The notes under the pieces: model-generated | The model's database searches: none | Seen by the model: only the letters and a program-made list of their open reading frames with translations | What the model was told of the DNA's origin: nothing | Origin: a virus | Strand: one strand, 5' to 3' | IMG/VR virus record: IMGVR_UViG_3300034101_003795 | Location: 1 to 64,000 of that record | Length of the DNA: 64,000 nucleotides | Made by a program: the position numbers and the translations under genes | Shown: positions 28,687 through 38,869 of the stretch, in pieces | Layout: each line of letters starts with the position of its first letter | Numbering within the stretch: position 1 is the stretch's first letter

Positions 28687-31600
28687 ATGGTTTCTCCAGG
28701 AAATAATACATCAAACTATAGTAGTAAAGCTGTTTGGAGTGGATCGTCGGCAAAACCAACTACGGTTGGTACAAATGGTGGTCCAAGCTATTATGGAACC
28801 TATGATCAAGATGGAAATGTAAGCGAAATTGTACTAGGAAGTTTCCCTAATACTGGAACACCAGACTCTAATGCATTTCCCTACGGGGCTGGCGGAAACT
28901 TTTTCAGTAGTGCTGTTGGAAGAAATGTAAATTATTTTACTAACTTTGGAGCGAATTTAAATTCTGGTGGTTTTAGGCTCGTAGCAAAAGAATATACTAA
29001 TATACAAATTTCATCTGTTAGTCCAGAATTTTTTAATCCTAATTCCGGTATTGTTCAATCTTTTTATATTAATAATTATGAAAATTTTCCTATTACTGGA
29101 CTACAGATATCAGGATATTATAAAAATATTCTTAATCCAGTATGGTCTGGTTCATACGATCCATCATCATCTGGTACAATAAGCGGCACAGGGAACATAT
29201 TAATAAATTGTACTCTTGGATCTAGTGGCAGTTTAATTATTAACTTTAGTGGAATTCCTAAATCTGGACTTTCTATATTATCTAATAGAATAACATTATA
29301 TACTTCAAATAATTATAATCTACAACAAAATTATTATAAGATTAGTAGTACAATTTCATCAGATAATGAAATTAATAGTTTGAATTACCAGCATAAATTT
29401 TCTCAACTTAATTGGGGTAGTATAAGCCCTAATTCTTTTGTTGTGGTTGACGATATAGGAAATTCAAATGCTTTTGATGTTTATCAAAATAATTTAGGAT
29501 CATATGTAGGAGGAGTAAATTATTATTATAATATTACTAAATATTACATCACAAATAATGAATATTGTTTATTTTTAAACAGCGTGGATCCACAAGGAAC
29601 AAATCCACAAAATATTTATTCCACATACGTACCAAATACAATAACTTATTCATCTGAAAATATTAATGGCAACAAATATAGTGTTATAACTTCAGGATAC
29701 AATAGAGGGAATAAACCAATAGATAATATTCCAGTAGCAAATATGTTGCGATATTGTAATTGGTTACATAATGGAGGCAAAAGATATAATACAACATCAT
29801 CTGGAATTTCTGCACCACAAAATACCGGTTCTTATAACGTTGGTACTGGTGTGAATGTTCTCCCAACGATACCACAGGGCACAGGAAGATTTAGACTACC
29901 AAATGCTCACGAGATAACCAAAGCATCTTATTACAGAGGTAGTGATGGTATTTATTGGAATTTTGGAACAAAAACAAATAGTGCTCCACTAAGCGCTGGT
30001 ATACATGCTCCAACAAGAGATAGTCAGCTACCTAGTGGAGTTAGTGGATTAGAATTACGACAATCATATAATACTGCAAATTTTGGTACTGCATTAACAA
30101 CAGCAGGAACTAATGGCGCTTCAAGTCCATATGGATTATATGATGTTGAAGGTTCTGTTATGGAAGTAACTCATCACGGAAGCAATTTTTTTGCTATGCG
30201 CAATTCGTCATGGAGGAGCACCACAACAATAGCCAGACTGAACTCACTTTTATTTGTTAGCGTGGCAAATATTGATACAGAATTTAATGCTGGGTATGCT
30301 TATGGTTTCAGAGTAGTATCTAGTGGATTGATAGGCGATATCGGTTTAGATTTAGAAAGTGCGGGAATTTATTATAATCAATCAATCCCTATTGAAGCAA
30401 CAGCAACAATAGAAAATAGTTTCAATATTCCAAGTACTTTTTCAGTTCTTTTATCAGTATCTGGACAAAATACTAGTCCTGGATATTGGACACCTTATTA
30501 TTTTAATGGAGCTACTGGACCAAATGTAGTTCAAAATAATATAGGGTCTAGTATATCGTTACCATCAGATGATAGTAAAGTTATATTTACTTTAGCTGGC
30601 GCCACGCCAAATGAAGTAGCAACAACTCCAATAGTTATAAATGGAACCATTACTCCTATTGGTTTTGGTGATCTATCATTAGAAAATAATAGTGATAGTA
30701 TTATTAAATATATTGATCCACAGACAAATCTAGGAGTATCAATAACAGGATCTCAAGTGGTAAACAAGGGAGAGAATATAAGTTATGATATAATAGTAAG
30801 TAATACTGGTAGTAGTTATGTTAGTGGTATAAATCTGTCTACTAATATATCTCCATTAAATAATATTAATTACAGATGGAACCAAGATCTTAGCCGTAGC
30901 ACATCATCTATAGTGTCAGTTCCGCCATCAGGAACTGGAAATATAGTATCAAATATTTCGCTTTTACCAAATACGTATTCTATATTTAGTATAAGTGGTT
31001 TAGTTACTAATACTTATTATCCTATAACAGCATATTCTAGCATTAGTGTTACGGGAAATCAGAGTGGATTTAAGGAGAGCAGCGCATCAACATCGTTTGG
31101 GCCAACAGATCTACAAATAAGATATACCGGGATTCCAATCTACCATTCTGATGGACAATTTGTAAATTATAAAATATTAATTACTAATTCTGGTAGTAAC
31201 GATTCTATAAATTCAAGATTCTTTCATAACTTTACTAGTTTATCTGGTATAAATTGGTCAATTGTTTATGGACCATCATCAACTGGAATAACTAATGGAT
31301 CAGGAATTATTGACGCTTATATCCTTTTAGGATCAAACAGTAGTGCTACCATTAATGTAGATGGTATAGCTAGTAACTCAAAGTATGGGGATATATTATT
31401 AACATCATCTATCACACCAACAGTAATTACTGATAGTAATTTATCAAATAATACTGCAATTATTAATATACCTCATAGTATAGCTATAAAAAATATCAAG
31501 TATAGTGAGAATAGTTGTGATAATAATGGTTATATTACCATTGGAATAACTGGAGGAATACCACCATATTCATATACTATCAATAATGAAACAATATCTT

Positions 31601-33567
31601 CTAATGATACTATACTCACAATAGAAAATCTAGAGGCTGGCTCATATACTCCATTAGTATCCGATAGTACTAATACTGTATATTATTATCCTGAAACTAT
31701 TACAATTATAGATAGTTCTATTACTGCTACTGTGGGAAATATTTATTCTCCATTATTATTAGATAGTTATGGTGTTGTTAACTTGTCTGTTGCTGGTAGC
31801 GGTGCTCCTTATGCTTTTGTGTTTACAAATTCAACAGATAATAGCATATCAATTCCATCACTGGAAACCAAGTATATTGTTTCTTCAGAAACAGATAACT
31901 CTTTAATTAATTATAGATTTGATAATCTATTAACTCCAGACAGTTATTCATATCTGATACAAGATAAGTATGGATGTCGTTCGTCAGGATCTTTTAATAT
32001 TCCAAATATATCTGAATTAAGCGTGCAGGTTTCAACAATTGATAATAATCCTATAGTCACAGCTATTCCATCATTAACATTAGATATTTTTGATACTATA
32101 TTGATACCATATAAACATATTAAAAATAATACTAATCTTTGGAAATTAATTAAAACATTAGATCTGAAAGACTATATTAGCATATTAATTAATAATGAAA
32201 AATATGAATTTAGAATAGTCAGAGATATGCTTGATAAGCACTGTGTTGATACTCAAAACAATATAGAATTATTAAGATTTGGTAATTCTGAAGAAGATTG
32301 GTATTTCTTCTTTTATATCGCTCCATCTGTTGATTTGACAAATGATCAAACCAATATTGATAGTTCTTTTGAGATTTTAGATACTAATACTCAAGAAAAG
32401 TTCTTATTAACATTAGGTTTATCAGAAACTAATACGTTAGAACAAGACAATCCAAGTTTAATAAGAGGCAGTTTTATTCTTAATGGTTTGGGCTATAATG
32501 AATATTCAGATAATACTGAAGCTAATATTTCAATAGGATATAATTCAGATAATCAATACAATTATTATATTAATAATATTAAGAAAATACTACTCAATAA
32601 TATATATAGCGTGGGATTTGTTACTACTATCAGTTTTCTAGAACAATTTAATATTGCTAGAGAATATATTACTATTGGACAAACATCGTGCAGTCTATCT
32701 AAAGAAGACTATCAATATAAATTAAATATTAAAAATCTACTTATAGATATCAATAATTTTAATAATGTTAATAATGTTTATATATTAAATGCTAATAGTA
32801 TTTCTAATAATGGACAATTAAACACATTCATACTTGGTAATGATACTTTTATAACTGAAGATGGAACTTTAACTAATTCTTATACTATAGAATATTTTAC
32901 TTTTGACAAAAATTCAACTAGTTTCAAACATTTTGAGATGAATAATGAAATTATTAAAGATATTAATGTAATTAGTGAATTAGATTCAAGATACATAATT
33001 ATTAGAGCTAAAGATACATATAATAATATACCAAAGAGTATTAGTATTAATGGAGTAGTATCGTCTTATGATAATCATTTTATAATAGCTCAAAGAGATT
33101 TACAAAATTATAATAATTCTATATTATCAGAATTTAAGTACGGTGATATTTTAGTATTTATCAAAGATCTATCTACTATTAATAGTGTTGATAACGAAGT
33201 ATCCGGACTAGATCCTAATACTGGTTTACCTGGAACTACCGTTTTAGGAGGAACCACCAATTCGCTTGTGACAAATATTATTGAACAAACAAAAGACTCG
33301 TCAGGTACTGGATCATTGTTACTACAAATACCTTCTAAAACAGAGGTTGAAGTATTTGGCCCTAATAAATACTTTATTAAAGTTAGTTCTGATACAACAT
33401 TTAAAAATTTAATTCCTGGACTTTATATTATTAAAGGAAATGAAGACAGTTTAAAGAAGAATAATCTTTATCAAAATGAACTAAGAATTTTAATATCTAA
33501 GAATATTCTTTCGACTATAACAATTGAATTTACTAGTTATACAAATAAATTATTTATTAAGGATTAA
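28687..33567 (+). CDS. Large multidomain adhesin/receptor-binding protein: FGE C-terminal half, complete FGE domain, DUF11-like Ig domains, SprB-like repeat
   Basis: N-terminus TTVGTNGGPSYYGTYDQDGNVSE...GFRLV; full FGE about 29437-30324 (FLNSVDP..RYCNWLHNG..FRLP..YGLYDVEGSV.E..GFRVV); GENISYDIIVSNTG and GQFVNYKILITNSG..DSNLSNN; GYITIGITGGIPPYSY..NLEAGSY. Confidence 0.75.
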   Translation: MVSPGNNTSNYSSKAVWSGSSAKPTTVGTNGGPSYYGTYDQDGNVSEIVLGSFPNTGTPDSNAFPYGAGGNFFSSAVGRNVNYFTNFGANLNSGGFRLVAKEYTNIQISSVSPEFFNPNSGIVQSFYINNYENFPITGLQISGYYKNILNPVWSGSYDPSSSGTISGTGNILINCTLGSSGSLIINFSGIPKSGLSILSNRITLYTSNNYNLQQNYYKISSTISSDNEINSLNYQHKFSQLNWGSISPNSFVVVDDIGNSNAFDVYQNNLGSYVGGVNYYYNITKYYITNNEYCLFLNSVDPQGTNPQNIYSTYVPNTITYSSENINGNKYSVITSGYNRGNKPIDNIPVANMLRYCNWLHNGGKRYNTTSSGISAPQNTGSYNVGTGVNVLPTIPQGTGRFRLPNAHEITKASYYRGSDGIYWNFGTKTNSAPLSAGIHAPTRDSQLPSGVSGLELRQSYNTANFGTALTTAGTNGASSPYGLYDVEGSVMEVTHHGSNFFAMRNSSWRSTTTIARLNSLLFVSVANIDTEFNAGYAYGFRVVSSGLIGDIGLDLESAGIYYNQSIPIEATATIENSFNIPSTFSVLLSVSGQNTSPGYWTPYYFNGATGPNVVQNNIGSSISLPSDDSKVIFTLAGATPNEVATTPIVINGTITPIGFGDLSLENNSDSIIKYIDPQTNLGVSITGSQVVNKGENISYDIIVSNTGSSYVSGINLSTNISPLNNINYRWNQDLSRSTSSIVSVPPSGTGNIVSNISLLPNTYSIFSISGLVTNTYYPITAYSSISVTGNQSGFKESSASTSFGPTDLQIRYTGIPIYHSDGQFVNYKILITNSGSNDSINSRFFHNFTSLSGINWSIVYGPSSTGITNGSGIIDAYILLGSNSSATINVDGIASNSKYGDILLTSSITPTVITDSNLSNNTAIINIPHSIAIKNIKYSENSCDNNGYITIGITGGIPPYSYTINNETISSNDTILTIENLEAGSYTPLVSDSTNTVYYYPETITIIDSSITATVGNIYSPLLLDSYGVVNLSVAGSGAPYAFVFTNSTDNSISIPSLETKYIVSSETDNSLINYRFDNLLTPDSYSYLIQDKYGCRSSGSFNIPNISELSVQVSTIDNNPIVTAIPSLTLDIFDTILIPYKHIKNNTNLWKLIKTLDLKDYISILINNEKYEFRIVRDMLDKHCVDTQNNIELLRFGNSEEDWYFFFYIAPSVDLTNDQTNIDSSFEILDTNTQEKFLLTLGLSETNTLEQDNPSLIRGSFILNGLGYNEYSDNTEANISIGYNSDNQYNYYINNIKKILLNNIYSVGFVTTISFLEQFNIAREYITIGQTSCSLSKEDYQYKLNIKNLLIDINNFNNVNNVYILNANSISNNGQLNTFILGNDTFITEDGTLTNSYTIEYFTFDKNSTSFKHFEMNNEIIKDINVISELDSRYIIIRAKDTYNNIPKSISINGVVSSYDNHFIIAQRDLQNYNNSILSEFKYGDILVFIKDLSTINSVDNEVSGLDPNTGLPGTTVLGGTTNSLVTNIIEQTKDSSGTGSLLLQIPSKTEVEVFGPNKYFIKVSSDTTFKNLIPGLYIIKGNEDSLKKNNLYQNELRILISKNILSTITIEFTSYTNKLFIKD

Positions 33568-33569
33568 TA

Positions 33570-36500
33570 ATGACAACCACCAGAAGAACTATAAACGCTA
33601 ATATGTCTCTCTCGTATGCTCTTGGTGGCAATGTTTTTGGTGGAGATATAAGATTAAGTAATTTTGCTTTAAATATTGGAATAGGAAGTCAGTCATCAAA
33701 TCTTGATGTAGAATTCATCTACGACACATGTGGACAAGCTGGAGGGGTATCAAGACCAACAGTAGGTAGAGCTGTTAGATTTCAATGTAATTCATTAGTA
33801 TTTGGTGGCATTATTAATAGTGTATCATATGGTGAATCTGCTGGTGGATCAGTTTATAAATTAAAAATTATTGATCCAAGAAAAGTATTAGAAAATGTGT
33901 CTATTCTTTTACAAGGATACTATTGTGATTATGGTATACAAGCTCCAAATTTTATTAATATTGCTTCTTTTATAGAGAATGGTGTTGCTATTTGTCCTCC
34001 TGGCGAGGATACTCAAAATTGGCCACGAGTTGGGAACTGTAATAATTTTGGGAGAATTAATAGTGCTAATGGTGTTTTCTTAAGAGAAGCTTTGGCTGGA
34101 ATACAAAGGAAAAACCCATTTGTATATACCACCACTGGAGAACCATTGTATCTAAATTTGGGCAAAATTATAGCAATAACGCCAGGATATGCTAAAACAG
34201 AGGCTTCTACATCAAGTTTATTAGCTCTAATAACTCAGGCTTGCGACGAAGGCGCTTGTGATTTTATTGTATCATTAGTTGGTACAATAATAGATATCAT
34301 GCCAATTAATAGAGGAACACAGCCACCTTCTGGTTTAATAGGTCAGGTAATAAGTAGTGCTCAAAACACAGGAACATTAATAAGTGGAGAAGTTGGAGAA
34401 GAAGAATTATATGAAAATAGTAATAAAGTAGTATTGGGGGAAAATGTACAGTACTTAAGAACAATTCAGTCTCCTGGTAATGTGGCAATGATGTTGGGAA
34501 CTGACTTAAACGATAACGCTATTAGAGTTTATAATACTAATTTTAGAGTACCAATTAATATATCTACATTAGCAGCAGGATTTGCATCACAAGGATATTC
34601 TCTTCCTTATATGTTTCCAGTTTCAGAAGAAGAGATATTGGCCGCTGGAACTACAGAATTATGGAAATTATATGGATTAGCAAACGAAAATAGTTTGTCT
34701 GGAAATTTATTATCATTATTAAATATGAGAGAACCATTAGGGGATACGCTTAAAGCATTTAATTTATTATTAAATACAAGTAATCTTAATGATTTTAATA
34801 AAAGTTTAGATGCTGTAAATAATATAACCTCAGCAGTTGCAAAAGCTAGGAATGCACATTTATATGAACTAGCATACGAATGGTTTGCTCAAGATTTTAT
34901 ATCAACATATTATGGTAAAAAATGGCTTGTCCCAATAAGTTATATATGTGCAAATCCTGCTCCTCAGTCAAATAAAGTGGCTGATGGAGGTTATATTAAT
35001 TTATCAGACGTTCCTTCTGATGGAGGATGGCCAAATGATTATAATCTTTTAGGATTAACTTATGGATATAATACGTCTTTGTTTGAAACTCCAGATGGTA
35101 GATTGAGTGGATTTTTACGCATGAATACTGCTCAATCTTTACCACGAAGAATAGGTCTAAGATCTGTAAACTTTGTTGTTTCTCCAGAAGGACTAGATCC
35201 TAGCTCTATGCTTATAGTAGGACAAAATTGTTATGTTAAGGTGCAAACAGAAGGAGAAATGTTTAGAAGATCTCCATCCGTAGCGGAAGTTCTTATAACT
35301 TCTCCTTTTTTAAGTATGACTCCCGTTATTAATACCGATATTGTTTCTGAGGGATTAAGAACTTTAGCTGTAATATTAGGAGATGGTACTTTACCAAGAA
35401 AAATTGAGAAGAGTGAGACTGGAGCTTCGATGAAATCTGGTGCAAATATTTTTAAAATGGGTAAGCCTTGTTGTTCGTTCGACTACGTTTCTGTGCCAAT
35501 GAAAAGCAATATTTACGTTTATGGGCCATGGACAGGCAGCAAAGGATCTATAGGATCCACCACTGTTGAACAAACAAATTTGAGTCCTTGGAATTATGGT
35601 GGTTTTTCAACAATGAATATGGTGGGCCAAGCATTGGCTCAAAATGGATTAAGACTAAGTAATAAAACAGAGTCTGGATCTATGACATTGGCCGAACCAC
35701 CTGGGTATAGTATAGAATATTTTATTAATGCTGCTATTGTTATTAATAGTATTGGTGTTAATTTTAATTCTGGCGGCGCTACAACGACATATAGCTTTCA
35801 AACATATAGTCAAAAATTTGGACAGTACGGTAAGGCTATTTCAGATAGTATCCAAAAGTCAGTAAAAATAAGAAGTGAAATTTTAGGATATATTCGAACA
35901 CAAAGAAGGAATTTAATAACAGCTAGTAATTCAATTAGAAAAGAAATGGCAAGGTTTGATATTAAACAGGGTAAGTATGCTTTTCAAAAACAGCCGCCAG
36001 CCACATCTAAATCTTCTCCGTCTTATTTACTTGTCGGCGGATATTACGATCCATCATCTGCAGATAAAGCTTATACTGTTGGATTAAATTCTACTAATCA
36101 ATTTGAAACATCTACAGAAGGTCCACCTTTTCAAAATTTAGCAATTATGTCATTAGATGGATTATTATCTCCGGTATCTTTACAGGGACGAGGGGGTAGA
36201 CTTCCTAGATTTGCAACTTCGTGGGGTTATGAAAAAGGAGACAAGTCACACACAACAAGACCATGCATGCCCCCTATCGATAATCAAGAACCATTAGCTA
36301 TCAATAGAAAGTATTTAAATCCTATTGTTAGTAGAACATTTTTACAAACATGGGAAGGAAGAGGATCATCGAACAGTTTTAATATTAGAGTTATTGGATT
36401 TGGACAAAACAATAGTAATAATAGTATTTTTAATGTGTCAGACACTAAGTATGATAATGAAACTGATTTTGGTTTTTATGCATTAAGAGGTCCATTAGTT

Positions 36501-37262
36501 TTACAGTCTTGGGGTTATGACACTGAAGGGAAACCTATTCCAAATGCTGTTGATGATGCTTCTAGTACTGCTGGTGGAACATTTGTAAACGAAGGGACAA
36601 AAAATAAATTTATGGATAATTGGTTATCAAAACCAGAAAGTTGGCCAGTTGGACCAATAGATTTAAGATATGACCGAGACAGAGGAGTGTGGGTCGCCCC
36701 AGCCAAAGAAAGAATACTATTAGCTAAATTAACAGATAAACTAGATGCCTCTGGTGTGGTTAATGCTACATTAATGAATGAGACTGTTGAAAGTATGAAA
36801 TTTCATGAGAACTATAAGGTTTGGGGACCGAATGGAGAAGATATTATGTCAGATATTGAATCTCATGAAATAAAAATATATAATTATTTAGATAATTCAT
36901 TTGATAAGGACGAAGTAGTTTATGCTGTTTGGAATGATGATAAATATCTTGCTATTCCTAAAGGAGGAACTGGCTCTACAATTAGAGTTGGAAAATTTAG
37001 TGATGAAAGCTGGAACATAGGAGCAATAGCAAGAGTATCAGCTTATAAAGTAAATCCAGACTCAGATCCTGAATCTAATATCAATGATCCATCTATTGGT
37101 GGTCTTGTCGTAGAGGATGATGTTAAATATGAAAATTTATATGCTTTAAATTTATTTGCTGATATTGAGAACAGCGGAAGCAAATCACTTTGGGTTGCAG
37201 TAGCTAATATTGGTAAAGATTTCCATATACTGATAGATGCTGAATGCTCAACTGAAGAATAA
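33570..37262 (+). CDS. Baseplate hub / tail tip-like protein
   Basis: 1230 aa; N-terminal hub-like pattern (FGGIINSVSY..S.GG..Y...IIDPR..LEN), late LRGPLVLQSWGYDTEGKP..WPVGPIDLRYDRDRGVW; last gene of the + arm. Confidence 0.5.
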   Translation: MTTTRRTINANMSLSYALGGNVFGGDIRLSNFALNIGIGSQSSNLDVEFIYDTCGQAGGVSRPTVGRAVRFQCNSLVFGGIINSVSYGESAGGSVYKLKIIDPRKVLENVSILLQGYYCDYGIQAPNFINIASFIENGVAICPPGEDTQNWPRVGNCNNFGRINSANGVFLREALAGIQRKNPFVYTTTGEPLYLNLGKIIAITPGYAKTEASTSSLLALITQACDEGACDFIVSLVGTIIDIMPINRGTQPPSGLIGQVISSAQNTGTLISGEVGEEELYENSNKVVLGENVQYLRTIQSPGNVAMMLGTDLNDNAIRVYNTNFRVPINISTLAAGFASQGYSLPYMFPVSEEEILAAGTTELWKLYGLANENSLSGNLLSLLNMREPLGDTLKAFNLLLNTSNLNDFNKSLDAVNNITSAVAKARNAHLYELAYEWFAQDFISTYYGKKWLVPISYICANPAPQSNKVADGGYINLSDVPSDGGWPNDYNLLGLTYGYNTSLFETPDGRLSGFLRMNTAQSLPRRIGLRSVNFVVSPEGLDPSSMLIVGQNCYVKVQTEGEMFRRSPSVAEVLITSPFLSMTPVINTDIVSEGLRTLAVILGDGTLPRKIEKSETGASMKSGANIFKMGKPCCSFDYVSVPMKSNIYVYGPWTGSKGSIGSTTVEQTNLSPWNYGGFSTMNMVGQALAQNGLRLSNKTESGSMTLAEPPGYSIEYFINAAIVINSIGVNFNSGGATTTYSFQTYSQKFGQYGKAISDSIQKSVKIRSEILGYIRTQRRNLITASNSIRKEMARFDIKQGKYAFQKQPPATSKSSPSYLLVGGYYDPSSADKAYTVGLNSTNQFETSTEGPPFQNLAIMSLDGLLSPVSLQGRGGRLPRFATSWGYEKGDKSHTTRPCMPPIDNQEPLAINRKYLNPIVSRTFLQTWEGRGSSNSFNIRVIGFGQNNSNNSIFNVSDTKYDNETDFGFYALRGPLVLQSWGYDTEGKPIPNAVDDASSTAGGTFVNEGTKNKFMDNWLSKPESWPVGPIDLRYDRDRGVWVAPAKERILLAKLTDKLDASGVVNATLMNETVESMKFHENYKVWGPNGEDIMSDIESHEIKIYNYLDNSFDKDEVVYAVWNDDKYLAIPKGGTGSTIRVGKFSDESWNIGAIARVSAYKVNPDSDPESNINDPSIGGLVVEDDVKYENLYALNLFADIENSGSKSLWVAVANIGKDFHILIDAECSTEE

Positions 37263-37301
37263 TATATAGTGATTATTTACATCTAAAATTTTTAAGAAAT
37301 A

Positions 37302-37847
37302 TTATGCTAATGAAAAACCTTTTTCTGGCACATTAGTTCTACCATCATATTCACAGATACTTATTGAACCGGGTGTTTGCCAAGCACTAGAGGTATACAT
37401 GTCAACGCTTGACCAAGCCATACGATAATTTTCAAATTGCGATTGAGGATACACAGAACGCCAATTAACGTTATTTATTATGGTTGGTCCTTTTACAACA
37501 ACAAATGGATCTCCGACATAATTTGTGGCCGCATACAGGCAAGCAACAAAACCATCTTTTATGGCAATTGAATCAAAAGAACCGGCAATCGCCCGTGGAA
37601 AAGAGTTAGAGGCTATATCATAACATCCGGCGTCAAGAATATCCATGTAAACCCTCGGGCAACAACAAGAATTAAATGGCTGATCTGATTGACCGCCTAC
37701 GCATAGACCACCCATTAAGGCTCCGCTTGCACAAAAAACCCTAGGAACTTTACGTCTATTGCCTTTACAACCAAAACACTTACAGCCTTTTTTACAAAAA
37801 CAGTCATACGCACCAAAAAATAAACCTCCTTTAGTAAAACTAGACAT
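37302..37847 (-). CDS. Cys-rich protein with beta/gamma-crystallin-like motif
   Basis: CFCKKGCKCFGC and SCCCP; FDSIAIKDGFVACLYAATNYVG resembles the crystallin Greek-key signature; TAATG coupling to the upstream gene. Confidence 0.45.
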   Translation of the reverse strand: MSSFTKGGLFFGAYDCFCKKGCKCFGCKGNRRKVPRVFCASGALMGGLCVGGQSDQPFNSCCCPRVYMDILDAGCYDIASNSFPRAIAGSFDSIAIKDGFVACLYAATNYVGDPFVVVKGPTIINNVNWRSVYPQSQFENYRMAWSSVDMYTSSAWQTPGSISICEYDGRTNVPEKGFSLA

Positions 37848-38167
37848 TACTTATCCTTACTCCATTTGTGCCAACCCTTATTTGATAAGTAATTTCCTTC
37901 GTCATCTTTTCGCTTTGGGAATAAAGTGCCACCCTTTTTGTGTTGTCCAAATCCTAGGATTGCCCCACAATCATTACATCGTAATTCATAATAGTCATTC
38001 CCGTCAACATTTCTAACAACAAAACGAATATTATCTTTGCCACACAAACCACACTTTTCTTCACCAAAAATTTCTTGAATTAGGGCCAATTCTTTAAAAA
38101 TTTCTTTTTGGCCTGCTCCTTCTAATTCAAAAGCTAATTTATTATTGATATTATATATAACTTTCAT
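37847..38167 (-). CDS. Zn-ribbon hypothetical protein
   Basis: CGLC...CNDC; AGGAGA RBS. Confidence 0.6.
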   Translation of the reverse strand: MKVIYNINNKLAFELEGAGQKEIFKELALIQEIFGEEKCGLCGKDNIRFVVRNVDGNDYYELRCNDCGAILGFGQHKKGGTLFPKRKDDEGNYLSNKGWHKWSKDK

Positions 38168-38179
38168 AATATTCTCCTA

Positions 38180-38869
38180 TTATTTCCAATTAATATCATA
38201 TCCCTTTAAATCTTCTGGGATATTTGATATATTTTGTTGATATGATGACAGATTTTTAATAATGTCAACAGCGACACTATGTTCTATATTATAGATATTT
38301 TTATCAGTATGTCCACTGGCTATCAATAATTTCTCCATATTAATGTCTAATCTTTTAGCCAATACATCAATAAAGTTAATCTGATTAGAACTAATTTTGG
38401 ATACAGAATCACCATCAGGATTATCTTCAATTTCTTTGGCTATTTCGTCTGCTGTGACTATCTTGCGAAGTCTTAATCCTCGACGTAATGAACGACCTTC
38501 TGCTCTTGTTTCAGCCACGGCCACAGGATGACTACGATAAATTTTATCACAATTACCCCAATAAACATCAGCAGCGCCACTAACGGTCCTTAATGTTTTG
38601 CTTTTGTCCATATTAAGAATATAAGATAATTTATGAACAACAGTTGCTCTCTTTTCATTATCAATATTAGGAGATTGTACAACATCCGATATTGAAGATA
38701 TTATTTCACATTCCATAGCCATCTCAAATATCCTGCGTAATCCATCAGTTGTTGGGTTTCCTTCTATTTTTTCATCATCATTTAATAAACCCAACACATA
38801 ATCATTCCATTCAATATCATGATATGAAATCTTCTTCTTTGAGTCCTTATCTTTGTCTTTGTCTACCAT
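38180..38869 (-). CDS. Putative Rad52/Sak-like single-strand annealing protein
   Basis: PTTDGLRRI...ATV...SGAADV...HPVAVAETRAEGRSLRRGL..ADEI plus C-terminal ISSNQINFI helical tail. Confidence 0.5.
   Translation of the reverse strand: MVDKDKDKDSKKKISYHDIEWNDYVLGLLNDDEKIEGNPTTDGLRRIFEMAMECEIISSISDVVQSPNIDNEKRATVVHKLSYILNMDKSKTLRTVSGAADVYWGNCDKIYRSHPVAVAETRAEGRSLRRGLRLRKIVTADEIAKEIEDNPDGDSVSKISSNQINFIDVLAKRLDINMEKLLIASGHTDKNIYNIEHSVAVDIIKNLSSYQQNISNIPEDLKGYDINWK

Noticed and set aside
28687-30330. Diversity-generating retroelement targeting the FGE/C-type lectin domains
   Set aside because: FGE folds are classic DGR targets, but I found no reverse transcriptase and no near-identical template repeat differing at adenines in this window. 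One elsewhere in the genome cannot be excluded.
1222-36706. Short antisense ORFs inside the long + strand genes, and + strand ORFs inside - arm genes
   Set aside because: They are shadow frames of well-supported genes, with no recognisable motifs or RBS.
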